From Octopus vulgaris (Eukaryota), in contig OX597823.1 in assembly GCA_951406725.2 (NCBI GenBank), positions 9,796,001 to 9,860,000 of the forward strand: DNA of 64,000 bases. Reading direction: 5' to 3'. The notes under the pieces are model-generated. The model was not told the origin of the DNA, searched no databases, and saw nothing but the letters and a program-made list of their open reading frames with translations. Positions 26,578-41,487 of the stretch are shown here, piece by piece. The position numbers and the translations under genes were made by a program. The number at the start of each line of letters is the position of its first letter. Position 1 is the stretch's first letter.

Positions 26578-26959
26578 GTGGAGGCGCAATGGCCCAGTGG
26601 TTAGGGCAGCGGACTCGCGGTCGTAGGATCGTGGTTTCGATTCCCAGACCGGGCGTTGTGAGTGTTTATTGAGCGAAAACACCTAAAGCTCCACGAGGCT
26701 ACGGCAGGGATGGTGGTGATCCCTGCTGTACTCTTTCACCACAACTTTCTCTCACTCGTTCTTCCTGTTTCTCTTGTACCTGTATTTCAAAGGGCCGGCC
26801 TTGTCACTCTCTGTGTCACGCTGAATATCCCCGAGAACTACGTTAAGGGTACACGTGTCTGTGTAGTGCTCAGCCACTTACACGTTAATTTTACCAGCAG
26901 GCTGTTCCGTTGATCGGATCAACCGGAACCCTCGTCGTCGTAACGGACGGAGTGCTTCC
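26578..26959 (+). mobile_element. SINE family A, full length
   Basis: Near-identical to 8843-9231. TSD ATACGAGT(A/G)TG. Confidence 0.9.
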
Positions 26960-26969
26960 ATACGAGTGT

Positions 26970-27516
26970 GACGCAACTAGAGACAGCACATTCGGTTTGA
27001 ATGAGGATTCAAACTAAAACTAATCGTCTATTCTATCCTGGTGAAATCACATTCTAAACAGAACCGCTTCCCAAGATAGTGCTCTTTTGTTCAGGGCCAA
27101 AAACATTTCCCACTTCAGAAGCTGCAGATACTATTCAAGGTCAGCTGAGACTCTCACAAATGCAATGTTTTCACATTTCCCACAGTGCTCTAGTAACACA
27201 TAGTTTATTATTGGACTGCATTCAGAGAAATGTCACTCGATTGATTAGCATCTTCCATGGGTTTGAATGTTCTCACAACTTCATCTTACAAGCAATCTAT
27301 CCCATTCATATCATCCCCCCCTTGTATTGTTAAATGCAGCAACATGCATTCCACATTAATCCATCATCCAAATTCTCCCTACTGAGACCATCAATTCTTC
27401 TGGTATTTTGTCCATGTCCATGTCTTTCTTGAGCGTGTGGTACACAGCGATTGGGAGAGAATATTAACGACATCAAGCCTGCCAGGATCAGAGGACCTGC
27501 AAAGTCATGTTCACAG
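26970..27516 (+). mobile_element. Old CR1/Jockey-like LINE RT C-terminal relic
   Basis: LLDCIQRNVTRLI resembles the L(E/D).VQRRA.RLI motif. A PSNYR-like piece lies near 24963-24977. Confidence 0.45.
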
Positions 27517-27753
27517 AACCTATTCCTTTACTACCCACAAGGGGCTAAACACAGACAGGAAAAACAAGGACAGACAAACGGATTAAGTCGATTACATCGA
27601 CCCCGGTGCGTAACTGGTACTTATTTAATCGACCCCGAAAAGATGAAAGGTAAAGTCGACCTTGGCGGAATTTGAACTCAGAACGTAGCGGCAGACGAAA
27701 TACGGCTACGCATTTAGCCCGGCGTGCTAACGTTTCTGCCAACTCGCCGCCTA
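27517..27753 (-). mobile_element. SINE family C, monomer
   Basis: Head GGCGGCGAGTTGGCAGAAACGTTAGC with a single unit. 10-bp TSD ATGTTCACAG at 27507-27516 and 27754-27763. Confidence 0.9.
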
Positions 27754-28435
27754 ATGTTCACAGTACCGTCCTCCAGACTGAGGAGGTGAAGTAAATCACC
27801 AGAACAATAAGAAAAGAAACATCAAAGCTATTACAACAAGAATAAAAACAAGAAAAAAATCAGTAACAACAGCGGCAGCAACAAAAAGGATGTAGAAATT
27901 CTACGGTAAGGACGTCTGGTAACTAGATGTAGGTGGAAGATATTGCTCTTAAGAAAAGTATGAACATCAGATTAGAACATTTAATGTTAATGCCTTAGAC
28001 TTGGCAGAGCCGATGTAACGGAATTATAAATATTCCTACTATAACTAGAAAAGTATATTAACACATCCAACTTTCCAGCTCCAACTTATCTATAGATCTT
28101 CAAGTTAGCTCCATATCTACTTAAATAATCAATGTATTTGTTTTTCCGTTCCGTTTATAGAATCTGTCATTTAGTTCATGTTAGTATTTGGTGTTGTTGC
28201 TGTTATTTTAGAAGTAACATATTTGTTATTGCAATATCATTTTATTGATATACCAGAGTAAATTTTAGTAGAGAGTAAAAAAAAAAAAAAAAAACTAGAA
28301 TTCTCTATACTGGAATGTTAACAAGATTCAGTATTCCTCTATCGATCCTAATTTTATACACGACTTTAAAAAAATGTTGTTTATGATGCAAAAGAATTGT
28401 CGGAATCAATTACTGAGTGCGTATATACCCATTCC

Positions 28436-28555
<120 letters not shown>

Positions 28556-29127
28556 TGTGTATATATACACGTGTATGTATATATGTATATATATATATAT
28601 GCATGTCTGTATGTGTAATTTATCGTGAGTGTGGGTATATTTGTGTGGCTTTGCATATAAAGACGGTATAGAACTAATGTTTAGAACGATGTGTCTTTAC
28701 AATAGAATAGATAAGTCCGCTAAGAGAAATCGAATTTTCTATTCGAAGTATTTTGTTTCAGTCATACATCGATACCCTGAACACAGAGTAATTGTAAGAA
28801 AACCAGAATAGTGGATGTGAGATTATACGTTTATCTAATAAATACTCACATGTGATTCATTCATGAATAGATTCGTACAGCAAAGACATACCTTGCGCAC
28901 AAAAGATATTATCAAGTTATCAGAGATTTAAAACGTACTACTTTATGTTAATGTAATGAGAATCTGTATTTGCTATTTCACAACACAAACGTGGAGTGAT
29001 ATGTATCTATGTGTGACGCAACCACGTAGTGAAAGCATTTTTGAATTGTTTTCTCAGTTTTTGAGTTTTGGTGATTTGGTGATTTTTTTTAATATATACA
29101 CGCACATACATACACACACACACGCAT

Positions 29128-29175
<48 letters not shown>

Positions 29176-29264
29176 ATATATCTCAGACAATGAACACGAA
29201 AACTAAATAACACGAGGTAAATACGTTTTAACAAGTGTGGTATTTAACACTTGAAAAATAACGA

Positions 29265-29303
29265 TTTTTGACATTTCGGACACTGTTCCTTCATCAGGAA
29301 AAA
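29265..29303 (-). ncRNA. Minimal hammerhead-like motif (canonical CUGAUGA), slightly decayed
   Basis: Minus strand reads TTTTTC-CTGATGA-A-GGA(ACAGTG)TCC-GAAA-TG-TC-AAAAA. Reverting two CpG transitions gives GAAACGTC and a paired stem I. Confidence 0.6.
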
Positions 29304-30253
29304 ATTTAAAAATCAGAGATAGTAGTGGGAAAATATAACATAGAAAATAATGTGTTTGTAAATATTTAGGGGCGAGTTGATAATTCAATTTCCCCCTGAT
29401 GTGAACCGATGGGCACTTAGGGACTGTTGTGACCGAGTTAGTGTGGGAGAGTGGTATGTAGACTTCCCAAACTCTCACAGTGCTTTACCAAATTTTCCTG
29501 TATTTGTACCACTTATTTTCTGATTCTTTCCCCGTCTTTTTCCCCTGAATGAAAAAAAAAGTAAATGATTGTAATACTGTATCCAATTCATTATATGTTA
29601 TCTAAAAATTTTGTATATAAATTTACATTGTAATCTGTTATTTAGCAATTTATGTTCATATGCTGTGTAATCAAGTTTAACTTATGTATAGATATTTTTT
29701 AAAGCATTTATGTTCAAATAAAAACACATAACACCTAGCCAATATGTAATAACAGCGACAAAACATCAATAGCAACAGCAGCAACGATAGAAAAAATAAC
29801 ATCAACGAGTGTATTATAAATTATTTCGCATTTCAAGAATTAATTAAAACTAATAACAACATTTGAAATGAAATTCAAAAATATTCAACCTGTCTGAGAT
29901 GGTGCTTGAAATTGAGAGATATTTCAGCTGCCTCAGGAATGTCATAAAGGGAAAATATCATATCTGAAATTTAAAAAAAAAAAAATCATAATTTAGCAAA
30001 TGCATTATTTTGTTTATCTCGTTGAGGTGGCAGAATCGTTAGAGCGTCGCACAAAAGGCTTGGCAGCATCTTTTCCCCGAAATTTTAACTATCTCTTTTG
30101 AAATGCGGCCGAGGTCAACGTTGCCTTAATTATTCGCTGTGGATAAAAAAAAAACATGTGTACCTGAAGATCCCTGCCCACAGAATTACTGGGCATCATA
30201 TGTGATACTTAAATATGAATTATTATTATTATCATTATTGTTATTATTATTAT

Positions 30254-30312
<59 letters not shown>

Positions 30313-30348
30313 ATAGTAGTAGTTGTTGTTGTTGTAGTAGCAGGAGCA

Positions 30349-30432
<84 letters not shown>

Positions 30433-30650
30433 CGCCGGACATGCCGAGCAAAATGCTTACGGGTATTTCGCCCGGCTTTATGTTCTGAGTTTATATTCCT
30501 CTGCGGTCGACTTAGCCTTTCATCCAATTGGGGCCAAGAAATTAAGTACAAGTGAAACACAAGTGAAACGAAGCATTGGAGATGTAATCGATGAATCCCC
30601 TTCCAAATGTTTCAAGCCTTGTACCTGTAGTAAAAAGGATTATTATTATT

Positions 30651-31182
30651 GAGTGAGAGAGCTGTGCATGCTATTAAAGTGAAACTGGGGTACAGATATA
30701 TGAAGCCCAGTATACCCATCACTACTCACCGTCTGATAAGGGTACACCAGACACATTCATCAGAAACACATATACGCAACATGGTGATCTCTTATCAAGA
30801 TAAACAGCGCATGGACTTGTAAGTGGGGTCCTGTTAGAATTTTCTTCAGGTCGAATGGTCCATTCCGTTCAAAAGGTCTTTGAATGAAGATTGATTAAGG
30901 ATGTTGAACAAAACAGCTATGTTTCCAAAACTGAAATATCCAAACTCCATAGAATTCTACTCAGCAAATAGCTACGATGTTCCCCCACTACTTATGCTCG
31001 TGATCAGAGATGCACACATCGTCAGCCACTACGGGCTCCACTGGTTAAGGTCAAACAATTGACAAACAAATCTATGACATTGAACAGAATATTTGCTGTA
31101 GCCCATCTTTTATAAAAAAGACAAAACAATGTACATGATAACATTTCCAGCCGGTTAAGTTCAGAAACCATGAGGGCCACTG

Positions 31183-31183
<1 letters not shown>
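30651..31183 (-). mobile_element. Non-coding (AAT)n-flanked retroposon, family E
   Basis: Homologous to 31674-32131, 35025-35390 (inverted) and the ~40-nt piece at 51503-51545. The 3' end ...CACTTTGATGGCATG...CACT is followed by (AAT)n. Confidence 0.65.
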
Positions 31184-31257
<74 letters not shown>

Positions 31258-31258
<1 letters not shown>

Positions 31259-31670
31259 GGCGGCGAGCTAGCAGAATCGTTAGCAAGCCGTGCAAGATGT
31301 TTAGAAGCATTTCGTCAAACCTATGTTCTGATTTCAAATTCCACCGAGGTATAACTTGTCATTCATTCATCCGATTCGATAAAATAACTGCCAACTGACC
31401 ACTGGGGTCGATTTAATTGTCTTACCCGTCGTCCAAATTTGCTGGCCTTGTGCCAAAATTTTGAAGCCATTCTTATTGATCTGACAGAATTGTTAGCATG
31501 TCGGGCAAATTATTTAGTGGCATTTTTTTTCCTGTCTTCTTGTTGCTATGCCTCCCATCCTTTCGGGGTCGATAAATTAACTACCATTGCAACACTGGAG
31601 TTGATGTAATCGACTAGTCCCCAACTCTGAAATTCCAGGCCTTGTGCCTTCGGTAGTAAGGATTATTATC
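31258..31670 (+). mobile_element. Two old, diverged family-C-related SINEs (others at about 10700-10910, 30020-30180, 30432-30645)
   Basis: GGCGGCGAGCTAGCAGAATCGTTAGC heads and CATCCTTTCGGGGTCGATAAA core. Confidence 0.65.
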
Positions 31671-31673
31671 ATT

Positions 31674-32131
31674 GTGTGAGAGAGCAGTTCATGCCATCAA
31701 AGTGACACTTGATCATAATATACGAAGCCCAGTATACCCATCATGACTACCCGTCTGATAAGGGTACACTAGGCACATGCATCATAACCATACGTGGGCG
31801 ATATAGTGATCTGATATCAAAATAAACAGCGCATGACCGTGCAGGTCGAGTAGTCCATCCCACTCAAAAGGTCCTTGAATATGGGTTGTTTAAGGATGTT
31901 AAACAAAACACCCATGTTTCCAAAGGTGAATTATCCAAACCGCAAAGAATTCCTTTCAATACATGGATATGATGCTCCTCCACTACTTCTGCTCGTGTCA
32001 TCAGTTACTAAGGAACATGCTCAACTGTCTAAAGTCAAACAAATGACAAGCAAATCAGTGGAATGATCAGACTATTTGCTGTAGCCCATCTTTTATACCA
32101 ATGTACATAATAACACTTCCATTGTTTTGTC
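31674..32131 (-). mobile_element. Family E retroposon, second copy
   Basis: Colinear with 30651-31183 apart from small deletions, with TTA repeats on both sides. Confidence 0.65.
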
Positions 32132-32146
32132 ATTATTATTATTATT

Positions 32147-33126
32147 TATTTTTTCTTCTTTCAAATTTGCTTCCATTTCTTGCCGAGTGTCTTCCCGACT
32201 CCTAGGGCAAAGAAACTCATAGTTTATATTGGTAGGCCATTAAACCAAACTCAGTAGTTCGTTCTTTTTTTTTTTTTTAAGTTAAATTAAAATACATGAG
32301 CAGCAACAGTTCTCACATCGACAATGCTCTTCTCAATACGTGTGATGTACCAGTTAAGACAATCTTTTGCACTTCTTGCAGGGATGGTAAGCCAGGGATC
32401 ATTCTCATATAATTTTCGGTTCCCTTCTTGATCATTCCTAGTGCTCCTACGATCACTGGTATTGTAACTGCCTTGAGATGCCACATTTTCTCAATTTCAA
32501 TGAGTAGGTCTTTATATTTTCTGAGCTTGTCAAACTCTTTCGCTGAGATATTATGATCACAGGGGATGCTCATGTCGATCAATAAGCAAACTTTATTGTT
32601 TTGGTCTTTCACAACAATATCTGGTTTATTGGCCTTGATGGTTCGGTCTGTATGTATTGGAAAGTCCCACAGAATGGTTACATTTTCTCCTTCAGTTACA
32701 GCCTCAGGGTGGTGATTATACCACTTGTCGGCAGTTTTGATATTGTAATGCCGACTTATTAGCCAGTGTAGATATTGGCCAACTCTGTCATGTCTTAATT
32801 TATACTCCACTGGAGCTAAGACTTTACATCCAGAGATTAGGTGGTCCACTGTTTCAATCATGTCGTTGCAGAATCGGCATTTTGAGTCTGCTCCATTTTT
32901 CATCACATTGGCCTGGTAGTTCCGGGTTAATAGGCTTTGATCTTGAGCAGCCAGGATGAAACCTTTGCTCTCTGCTTTTAGCCCTGAGCTCCGTAGCCAC
33001 TGATGGGTTTGCTTCTGGTCAACATCAGCTTGTTTGCTGCGGGTCACATATTTGCCGTGCAGAGGTTTTTCCTCCCACCTATCAGCCAATTGCTCGTGCG
33101 CTTTTTTCGTTGCCATTATTTTCACC
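32147..33126 (-). mobile_element. 5'-truncated R4/Dong-clade non-LTR retrotransposon in a (TAA)n array
   Basis: TAA repeats at both junctions. Contains the open frame 32313-33125 and an A-rich 3' UTR. Confidence 0.88.
32313..33125 (-). CDS. C-terminal 270 aa of R4/Dong ORF: CCHC zinc finger plus restriction-like endonuclease (truncated, no true start)
   Basis: WEEKPLHG, ILAAQDQSL, CRFC...ETVDHLISGC, RHD, ILWD, NKPDIVV...LLIDMSIP, K..KYKDL, IVGALG. No stops. Confidence 0.85.
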   Translation of the reverse strand: MKIMATKKAHEQLADRWEEKPLHGKYVTRSKQADVDQKQTHQWLRSSGLKAESKGFILAAQDQSLLTRNYQANVMKNGADSKCRFCNDMIETVDHLISGCKVLAPVEYKLRHDRVGQYLHWLISRHYNIKTADKWYNHHPEAVTEGENVTILWDFPIHTDRTIKANKPDIVVKDQNNKVCLLIDMSIPCDHNISAKEFDKLRKYKDLLIEIEKMWHLKAVTIPVIVGALGMIKKGTENYMRMIPGLPSLQEVQKIVLTGTSHVLRRALSM

Positions 33127-33168
<42 letters not shown>

Positions 33169-33210
33169 GTATTATCATTATTATTATTATTATTATTATT
33201 ATTAGTATTA

Positions 33211-33394
<184 letters not shown>

Positions 33395-34059
33395 GAGGAG
33401 TAGTAGTAGTAGTAGTATGAAACAGAGGGGAGGAGAAGGAGCTAACTGAGGGTGGAATGTCGGTGGTGGTGGTCGTGGTGGTAGCGATGAATACACTATC
33501 AATTTGTGAATCTTAAAATCACTTTTTTCAGCCTTCTGAGACTGCTACAGTAAACACTAATGTGTGTAATAACACCTTAAGCAATATCTAATCTGTATTT
33601 ATCAGGTTTCTTAAAGCCAAAATATTCGGACAATATATGTTCTAAGTCGAACACATACATATATTCAACGACGCATTGTTTTTCACTGAAATCTTGGAAA
33701 TTTGTTAGTAAAATTTTAGGTATACGGCCAAATTAGACAACATATAGAGATGTCTGCATTTTATAGTCGTAGTTTGTAGTTTATTTCGAGGAGCAACGGA
33801 CTCACGGTGTTGATATTCTTTGCCTTCTCGAAGGCCTGCAGCTACATTCAACCTGACATGCTGCGTGTGGCAAAATACACCCCAAAAGCGATACTGACAG
33901 CCTGCATGTGTCTACAAACAGGGGTGGAAGAGTTCTCATAGGATGCAAAATCTGTGTTGTCAACGAGAAGAACAGACTGGGTTAGAACACTAGGCAACAG
34001 AGTGAATAGTTGCTTGTCTCTGTAGGAATTAACAATATACGCACCCATAAACATTTAAG

Positions 34060-35000
34060 AAACAAAATGAAGAAGAAACATTAAACAACTGGAAAATGAA
34101 ACCGCTGCATGGGTAATATCTCGGAGAAATCGAAGGAAACCACATGATCAATACTTGAAGATGGCTAAGAAAAAATGGTCTGAGAGGATGCACTGGGGCA
34201 TTGATATGCAGCGCCCAAGAAAAAACTCTGACAACTAATTACACCGAGTTCCAAGTATATAAGAATAGCGAATCGCCCGTTTGTAGGATGTGTGGCAGCA
34301 GAAACGAAACAATCTCACATTGAGTGAGCGTAGCAAGCTGAGAATAGCACGTTATCGTGCCTCCTTTTGTTGTGCTTTTGCACTAGAAAAGGAGGTACGA
34401 TAGCGTGGCTAAGTTCGTCCACTGGATACTGTGAAAAGTACGGCCTGAACAGAGTACGGAAATGGTACGAACATGAATCAGAAGGAGTCATCTAGGACAT
34501 ACGATACTGAAGAACTTTATAATCTAACGTGATTCCCTAACTGAGGCTCGGACCAGAATATTGTTGTGGTAGACAAAGGAAAGAGAGAAATCAAGATTAT
34601 AATTACATGATGTTGCACGTATAAGTGACAAAAACTAGCAAAGATTGAAAAATACAGGCTACTAAAACACAAAACTGTAAGAATGCGGACTATGAGGAGA
34701 GTGTCTGTCATTCAAGTAGTTGTAGGGAAACTCGGAGCACTAACAACCAGAATGTCAAAGAAATCGGAATTGATGTGAGGGAAGAGCAAGCCCAAAACAC
34801 TGTTCTATTTAGGTTAGCTAAGATTTGAGGATTGGTATTTGAATATTGAATGCTTCCCACGATAATTAACAACCAAATATCAAAGCTTATAATATGGAGA
34901 AATAGACACTGCGAGACCTCTGACAGTAGGTTGCTGTCCGCTCTCACAGACTCTACAAGGAGAAACAAGACCGAAAGTTCTGAGAATTAAAACAAATTAA
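34060..35000 (+). mobile_element. Decayed R4/Dong-type LINE 3' portion
   Basis: Broken frames WKMKPLHG, ICSAQE, CRMCGSRNETISH and RTRILLW/PEYCC at the RPD region, then VVVG. Followed by (AAC)n/(AAT)n. Confidence 0.75.
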
Positions 35001-35024
35001 CAACAACAACAACAATAATAATCT

Positions 35025-35390
35025 CGCTGGAAGTGCTATCTGTACATGATTTGTCTTGGTATAAAAGACCGAGTACAGCAAGCATTGTGTCAATACCACA
35101 GATTTGCTTGTCAGTGGTTACACTTTAACCAGTTGACCATATCCTTTGGTGACTCACGATATGTGCATCTCTGATCACGACCAGAATTAGTGAGGAACAT
35201 CGTAACCGTATGTTTAGAGGAATTCTTTGTGGTTTGAATAGTTCACTTCTGGAAACAAGGGTGTTTTGTTCAACATCTTTAAACAACCCTTATTCAAGGA
35301 TCGTTTGAGCGGGATGGGCTACTCGACCTGAAAAAAAATTCTAACTGGGCCCCACCTGCAAGGTCATGCGCTGTTTATTTTGATATGAAA
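35025..35390 (+). mobile_element. Family E retroposon, partial copy
   Basis: Reverse complement of part of 30651-31183, preceded by AAT repeats. Confidence 0.6.
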
Positions 35391-35993
35391 TGAGAAGAAG
35401 AATAGGAATAAAGGGAGGACGAGCAGTAGGAAGAGTGGGAGTAGGAAGATAGTGATGGTTATTGGATATGAAGGGGCTGGCATTATTGTGTTATACTAGA
35501 TGATGAAGAAAGGAAGGAGAAAGAAGGAAGGGGGGACGAATGTTATAAATTTAAAAAGTGACTCAACTAAAAGCAGGGAAGTAACATTTTACAGTGCGTT
35601 GGTGTTATTTTTGGAAGCTTACCATAAAATCGTGAGCAGATTGATTAGTAATCTATAACAGTACTGGCACATTTACTTCAAGCAGACGTCTCTACATCAT
35701 TTTTAGAAGTCTAATTCTAAGCCAGATAGTGCTTTTCTAATGTATGCAGTGGTTTTTGTTGCTGTTCTTCCTTCTTTTCATTTGGCTGCTGCAATGTCTT
35801 AAGACAGAAATGTTGATTAAAAAAGAGTAAAATCGTAATAACCACCAATCTCGAAACAGAATGATTAAAGAAATAAATATAAACGACAAAAATAAAAACA
35901 CAAAATGGCTTTAAAAGACGGGACTAAGAATGAATACTCCTATATAACATATACAAAAGAAAACACGATTGTATATAACATTATGCAACAAGA

Positions 35994-36000
35994 TCTATCG

Positions 36001-36061
<61 letters not shown>

Positions 36062-36062
36062 C

Positions 36063-36093
<31 letters not shown>

Positions 36094-36094
36094 C

Positions 36095-36160
<66 letters not shown>

Positions 36161-36291
36161 CTGTCTGTGTATCTAACGATCTATCTATCAATCTGTCTAT
36201 CTATGTATGTATGTATCTATTTATCTATCTATCAGTCTATGTATGTGTGTATGTATGTATTTATGTATCTATCTATCTCTCTATCTCTCAA

Positions 36292-36323
<32 letters not shown>

Positions 36324-36350
36324 CCTATCTATCTATCTAGCTAGCTATCT
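35994..36350. repeat. (TATC)n microsatellite
   Basis: Direct inspection. Confidence 0.9.
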
Positions 36351-36640
36351 AGACATGCATATACGCACACACGCACATACGCACATACGTATGCACGTAC
36401 GTATGTACACACACTCACAAACACGCACGTACGCTCCCGCGTGCGTACAACCCATCCCCCAAAAGGAAGATCAGTTCACACGTTAGGGACTTTCGAAGAT
36501 AGGCTTCGATTAATCTGTTCCGTACAGACAACAGAACTGCAATGGATACGCTTTTTTCTTTCTCATTCAGCGTTGTCAGCACAGTGGTGCTCTTTGTGTT
36601 TAGTAGGTGTGGTATCTAGAAATACAGAAATAGAGTTGTT

Positions 36641-37023
36641 GGAAGCACTCCGTCGGTTACGACGACGAGGGTTCCGGTTGATCCGAATCAACGGGAACAG
36701 CCTGCTCGTGAAATTAACGTGTAAGTGTCTGAGCACTCCACAGACACGTGCACCCTTCACGTAGTTTTCGGGGATATTCAGCGTGATACAGAGAGTGACA
36801 AGGCCGGCCCTTTTAAATACAGGTACAACAGAAACAGGAAGTAAGAGTGAGAGAAAGTTGTGGTGAAAGAGTACAGCAGGGATCACCACCATCCCCTGCC
36901 GGAGCCTCGTGGAGCTTTAGGTGTTTTCGCTCAATAAACATTCACAACGCCCAGTCTGGGAATCGAAACCGCGATCCTATGACCGCGAGTCCGCTGCCCT
37001 AACCACTGGGCCATTGCACTTCC
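36641..37023 (-). mobile_element. SINE family A, full length
   Basis: Reverse complement of family A. TSD CAGAAATAGAGT at 36625-36636 and 37023-37034. Confidence 0.9.
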
Positions 37024-37415
37024 AGAAATAGAGTACAAACGTCTTAAAGCGCAGGACATTTTTAATCATTTAAACAGAAATGTGCTTCCCATTAATGCTC
37101 AAAAATCTCTTCACGGTTATGATTTTTTCCTCTGGATATCGGCATCATTGTCTTTTTGATAGTACCTCGAGTTCAAGTACTTATTTGGATGTGAACACCA
37201 TTGCCACTAGGCATTTGTTCACTCTCCTCTCTATGCGGAGATAATTTCAAGAAATCAAGACTATCTTTTCTGTATAGTATATCATGAAAATTTATTCGTC
37301 TTCATACTTTATAGTCATACCACCGATCACTCACATATACGTACATACATTTATACATATACACATGCATACATACACACATACATATATACATACATAA
37401 TATGTGTGTGTCTAA

Positions 37416-37610
<195 letters not shown>

Positions 37611-37970
37611 CGGTATCTATATATTTGCATATATCTATATATCTATGTACCTCTCTCTCCCCCACTTTCTTCTTCTCTCTCTATTTCCTTCTCTCCCTTC
37701 ACACACGCACACACACGCACAAACACACACACACATACACATATATATATATATATATATATGTTTATAAGAGAAATATGTTACAAAAGAAAATAGAAAC
37801 TACACGTGGAAATGTAAGGGGAAAAAAAGAAGAAAAATAAGCGAAAAAGGCACATTGAAAATCAAAAACGTAAAGGCTTTTCATGAAAAGTAACGATAGA
37901 TATATACAATTAGATGAACTGAGGCAGGAACAAAAGTAATAAAAGTCATTATTGGGAATTTTTGAAGAGA

Positions 37971-38016
37971 TTCAAAAGCATACCGGTTTCGTGAATTTAC
38001 TAATCATTGCTTTGAA
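37971..38016 (-). ncRNA. Minimal hammerhead-like motif, A3:U8 variant
   Basis: Minus strand reads TTCAAAGCA-ATGATTA-GT(AAATTC)AC-GAA-ACCGGT-A-TGCTTTTGAA, with paired stem I, palindromic stem III and a GUA cleavage triplet. Confidence 0.5.
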
Positions 38017-38396
38017 TGCACACCGATTACTGAACCGTGTCAGGTCTACTAGTCCCTGAGTGAAACGATTATGTGTAAGGGAGGTATGTAGCTCTGGATT
38101 TGGTGCAATTAAGGTAGATATAGATCTGTAATGTGAATCGTGTATGGGATTATGGATGTCAGTGGTATTAATTTAAAGGTTAGTAGTGTTCTGTATTATG
38201 CTATGTGTTCATATATATATACATATATACATGCATATATGTATATATATACATACATATATATATGTGTGTGTGTTTTACTCTTTATCTTTTATTAAAC
38301 TTTTAATACTTTTGATATAAAAAAACAATTTTTTAATAATAAAAAAATAAAAAAATAAATTAATTAATAAATAAAATAATATATAAATATAAAAAT

Positions 38397-38438
<42 letters not shown>

Positions 38439-38667
38439 TATATATATATAAAATTTGTAAGTTTAAATTATTTAAATATTTTTTTTGTTTTTAACTTTTA
38501 TATTTTTAAATTAATTTTATGTATTGGCTTATGTTTTTCACTGTTTGATTTGCCTAATGGTGGTTTTATCGCTAATTTAATATAATATAATATAATATAT
38601 TTATACTATAAAATTGGATTTAATCCTAAATCTAATATTTCCCTGTAAGTTTGGATTTATTCCCTAA

Positions 38668-38805
<138 letters not shown>

Positions 38806-39857
38806 AATCTTAGGGTAGTAAAAAAAATTACAATAATTCTTTGCTACCAGTGGTCTAGTGAGAAGAAAAAACGCTAGTCAATAGACTATATATTATTCAT
38901 ATAAAAGTTACTCACATAAAAAATGTACACTGTATTTATATATATATATATATATATATTATGTCATACTAAACATTTTCTGTACGTGTAATTGTTATAT
39001 ACTTAGGAGACCTCTCTTTTGATACTATCAGCAATTGTTGAACTACTAATATTTTCCTAATGGATTCAAATTGATAAGCCATGTCTATCAATTCACAATA
39101 AAAACGAACAATATATACATATGCGTGTGTATGTGCGTCATTATTAGTATGATTCTCTTCTGTAGAATGCTAAATGTGGCTTTATCGTGAAGACATGTTT
39201 AGTTCAGTGTAGATGAATATTTATATTGAAGCACGTTTGTGCGGCTTTCAATTTTATCCCAGGTTTACATACTCACGTCATCATAAATATCTGACGTATA
39301 TATTTATGCATGTGTGAATGTTTCTGAGAACAGCACAGCATAAGAAACATATCTGCTTCCCAAGATATACAATATTATCATTAACTGAATACATAGGGAG
39401 ATACGCGGGGAACCTCCTACCAAATTTCAAGCTTGTTCCTATATAACAATGCAACATCGGTTAAATAAAGAGACTAAATTCATTGTTGATGTTGTCGTTT
39501 CCTTTTGAGTCAACACTGAATTGAACTCTGATTGAAACCATTCTAGTTCAGGCTATTTCTTTATTTTCACGAATTCTAACACTATATTATCTATCTAAGT
39601 TTGCTAATTAAACAATACGATGAAATTTACGGTACAATTTGCATGTCAAGTGATTAAATAGAAGTCATTTGTTGAATCGTAGCTGAGACTCATAAATTTG
39701 CTTATCTACGACTGTGTAGTCTAATATATGTAGACTTGGATTCGAAATTTGGAACGAGCTATAGATTTATTATATATCAATAATTACGTGATGCCAACAT
39801 CAGACACCTCTACCTCCATTGAATGACAGCGAGAGGCATTTGCTTACTTTTTCTCTG

Positions 39858-40078
39858 TACTCATTTACTTGTTTCAGTCATTTGACTGTGGCCATGCTGG
39901 AGCACCGCCTTTAGTCGAGCAAATCGACCCCAGGACTTATTCTTTGTAAGCCTAGTACTTATTCTATCGGTGTCTTTTTGCAGAACCGCTAAGTTACGAG
40001 GACGTAAACACACCAACATCGGTTGTCAAGCGATGTGGGAGGATAAACACAGACACACACAAACATACACACACACAT

Positions 40079-40153
<75 letters not shown>

Positions 40154-40325
40154 CATAAATACGACGGGCTTCTTTCAGTTTCTGTCTACCAAAACCACTC
40201 ACAAGATTTTGGTCAGCCCGAGGCTATAGTAGAATACACTTACCCAAGATGCCACGCAGTGAGACTGAACCTGGAACTATGTGATTGGTAAGCAAGGTAC
40301 TTACCACACAGCCACTCCTACGCCT
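39858..40325 (-). mobile_element. SINE family B, full length
   Basis: Reverse complement of 14260-14682, including the internal microsatellite. Confidence 0.9.
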
Positions 40326-41009
40326 GTGCTTGGTCATTATGAGGATGATAACATGTAATATTTCTCCATATATTCTGTTTTGTAAATTGTTATTGAGTTC
40401 TAACGTATCAAATATAACATTTTGCATGTTGAAGTGTATGATGTATCATTGACCCAAATAGTATGCAGGTATTTTATTTATTAATCCTGGGATTATGAGA
40501 GGAAAATTCAATGCGAGCGGCATTTGAACTAAGAACGATAGTGTAGGAACTAAACGTTACAAATCATCTTCCTTGAATGAACTGAATTTTAAATAGACAT
40601 AAATCTATTTAACTAAAATATATTTTATTTACACGAGCCTCGATCTGAAATGCGAATTCCCATTTGGAATTAAAAATAATAATGTTTTAAAATTGAGAAA
40701 CGAAGTCATATGATTCTATCTAGAATATATATGCCATTGTCATCACTAGAACATCAATCACCAGAAGCTTGCTTTAGCAGGAGAAATGATTTGAGTCGAA
40801 ATAACATTAATAGCAGCAGTAGCGTGACTTCGTTTGTTAAATGTTCAAATAATAGTTACTTTCAGTATGGAGCCAACGCGTTATCACAAAAAATCCAGAA
40901 ATGAAACAAGTGTTTTTATAAAAGAGAGTTACATCGGATAATTTAGTTGTGCGTACTCGTATAAAGAGGGGATGGCCTCGCCTGGAATGATATTAATCAG
41001 ACAAATAAT

Positions 41010-41172
41010 AGGCGTAGGAGTGGGTGTGTGGTAAGTAGCTTGCTTACGAACCACATGGTTCCGGGTTCAGTCCCACTGTGTGGCATCTTGGGCAAGTGTC
41101 TTCCACTATAGCCACGGGCTGACCAAAGTCTTGTGAGTGGTTTTGATAGACGGAAACTGAAAGAAGCCCGTC

Positions 41173-41249
<77 letters not shown>

Positions 41250-41487
41250 TGTGCATGTTTGTATGTGTGTGTGAATGTGTGTGTGTTTGTCCCCCCCCCC
41301 CAACATCACTTGGCAACAGATGCTGGTGTGTTTACGTCTCCGTAACTTAGAGGCTCGGTAAAAAAAGACCGATAGAGTAAGTACTCGGCTTACAAAGAAT
41401 AAGTCCCGGGGTCGATTTACTCGACTAAAGGCGGTGCTCCAGCATGGCCACAGACACATGACTGAAACAAGTTAATGAGTAAAAGAG
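41010..41487 (+). mobile_element. SINE family B, full length
   Basis: Same head, internal (TA)n(TG)n and tail as 14260-14682. Confidence 0.9.
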